Assembly: GCF_023055435.1 (NCBI RefSeq)
Contig: NW_025963791.1
Location: forward strand, 7,564,001 to 7,628,000
Direction of reading: 5' to 3'
Source of the DNA: Haliotis rufescens
Taxonomy: Eukaryota
DNA length: 64,000 nucleotides
The translations under genes and the position numbers were made by a program. Below, one piece after another: positions 63,376 to 64,000 of the stretch. Positions within the stretch are counted from its first letter, which is position 1; each line of letters opens with the position of its first letter. The notes below the pieces were generated by a model, which had not been told where the DNA came from, made no database searches, and saw only the letters and a program-made list of their open reading frames with translations.

Positions 63376-63946
63376 TCTGCTAAGAGCCAACGGCAGGAAC
63401 ACAACCAAACCCCAAGAGCCTAAAGGTGTAGTTTACAAAATTGACTGCAACTTTGGAAATCTTACGTAGGTGAAACAACCCGCCCTATCAACACCAGAAT
63501 CAAAGAGCACAAAACCTCAACCATTCAATCAGACAGTAAATCAGCCATCTCGAACTATATGAGCAACTGTCCTAAACACAACATCAACTGGGACAACGTT
63601 CAAATCCTCCCCAACAACTTCATGATTTCACTTAAAGAAAACTAACAGAAGCAGTCCACATCCGCCGCCACAAGCCATCAATCAACACAGATCAAGGGTA
63701 TATCATCCCTTCCACCTGCTATGAACTCATCAAGCATAAACACTTATCCTGTTTATTTGGCTTCATGTCCCATTGGCTTCTACCTGTGTGTTCTCTGTCC
63801 ATCGTGTTGTGACAGTATTATCTTTCTGTTGTCAACAGTTACTCATGTTATCCCACTCATGTTTGCTATTGTTGTTACTGTTAATCCTCTACCGTTAATC
63901 CTCCACCTACTATATATATTATGTACTTTGTCCCTCATTCAGTCTT

Positions 63947-63984
63947 GCTTGACAACGGTATATGCATCTATACCGAAACGTCGC
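63947..63984 (+). ncRNA. Minimal hammerhead ribozyme, U3-A8 variant
   Basis: gc-TTGACAA-c-GGTATA tgcatc TATACC-GAAA-CGTC-gc at the 3' end of a Penelope-like element. Confidence 0.7.
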
Positions 63985-64000
63985 TTTTTTCAGTATTAAA

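Larger units (their letters stand above)
62651..64000 (+). mobile_element. 5'-truncated Penelope-like element (RT C-terminus plus GIY-YIG endonuclease), decayed
   Basis: KVDDTFVI..FTIEIEKNNQLPILDVLV..HTKQYIHFNSH..NNYP..LPFIG, then GVVYKIDC..SYVGETTRPINTRIKEHK; several frameshifts. Confidence 0.9.

Overview
Eukaryotic, AT-rich animal DNA. The SINE repertoire suggests a mollusc, possibly abalone-like (inference only). From left to right: (1) A complete 8-coding-exon folliculin gene (FLCN, + strand, 6099-13575, about 554 aa) with TE-rich introns and an 89-bp tandem repeat that copies its stop codon. (2) A four-unit, about 6.5-kb tandem segmental duplication (about 14.7-51.9 kb). Each unit carries a three-exon orphan gene on the - strand, which the ORF track mis-calls. 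It encodes a 272-283 aa protein with a duplicated 43-aa N-terminal repeat, a coiled coil and a basic amphipathic tail. A fifth, inverted paralog lies at 56.9-58.1 kb. (3) Inside unit 4 is a 9,512-bp Polinton/Maverick (adintovirus-like) endogenous virus (40497-50008) with AGTAGT...ACTACT termini and a 6-bp TSD; the empty site is visible in units 1-3. It keeps a decayed virion-building module (ATPase C-terminus, integrase, penton, core protein, hexon, protease, a 2-TM protein) but has no DNA polymerase. Its genes are preceded by TATA-like/Inr pairs at a near-fixed 31-nt spacing, and its TIRs are packed with host transcription-factor motifs. (4) A 5'-truncated Penelope-like element ending in a U3-A8 variant minimal hammerhead ribozyme. 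There are also many SINEs, MITEs and DNA-transposon relics. All coordinates were counted by hand; no database searches were run.
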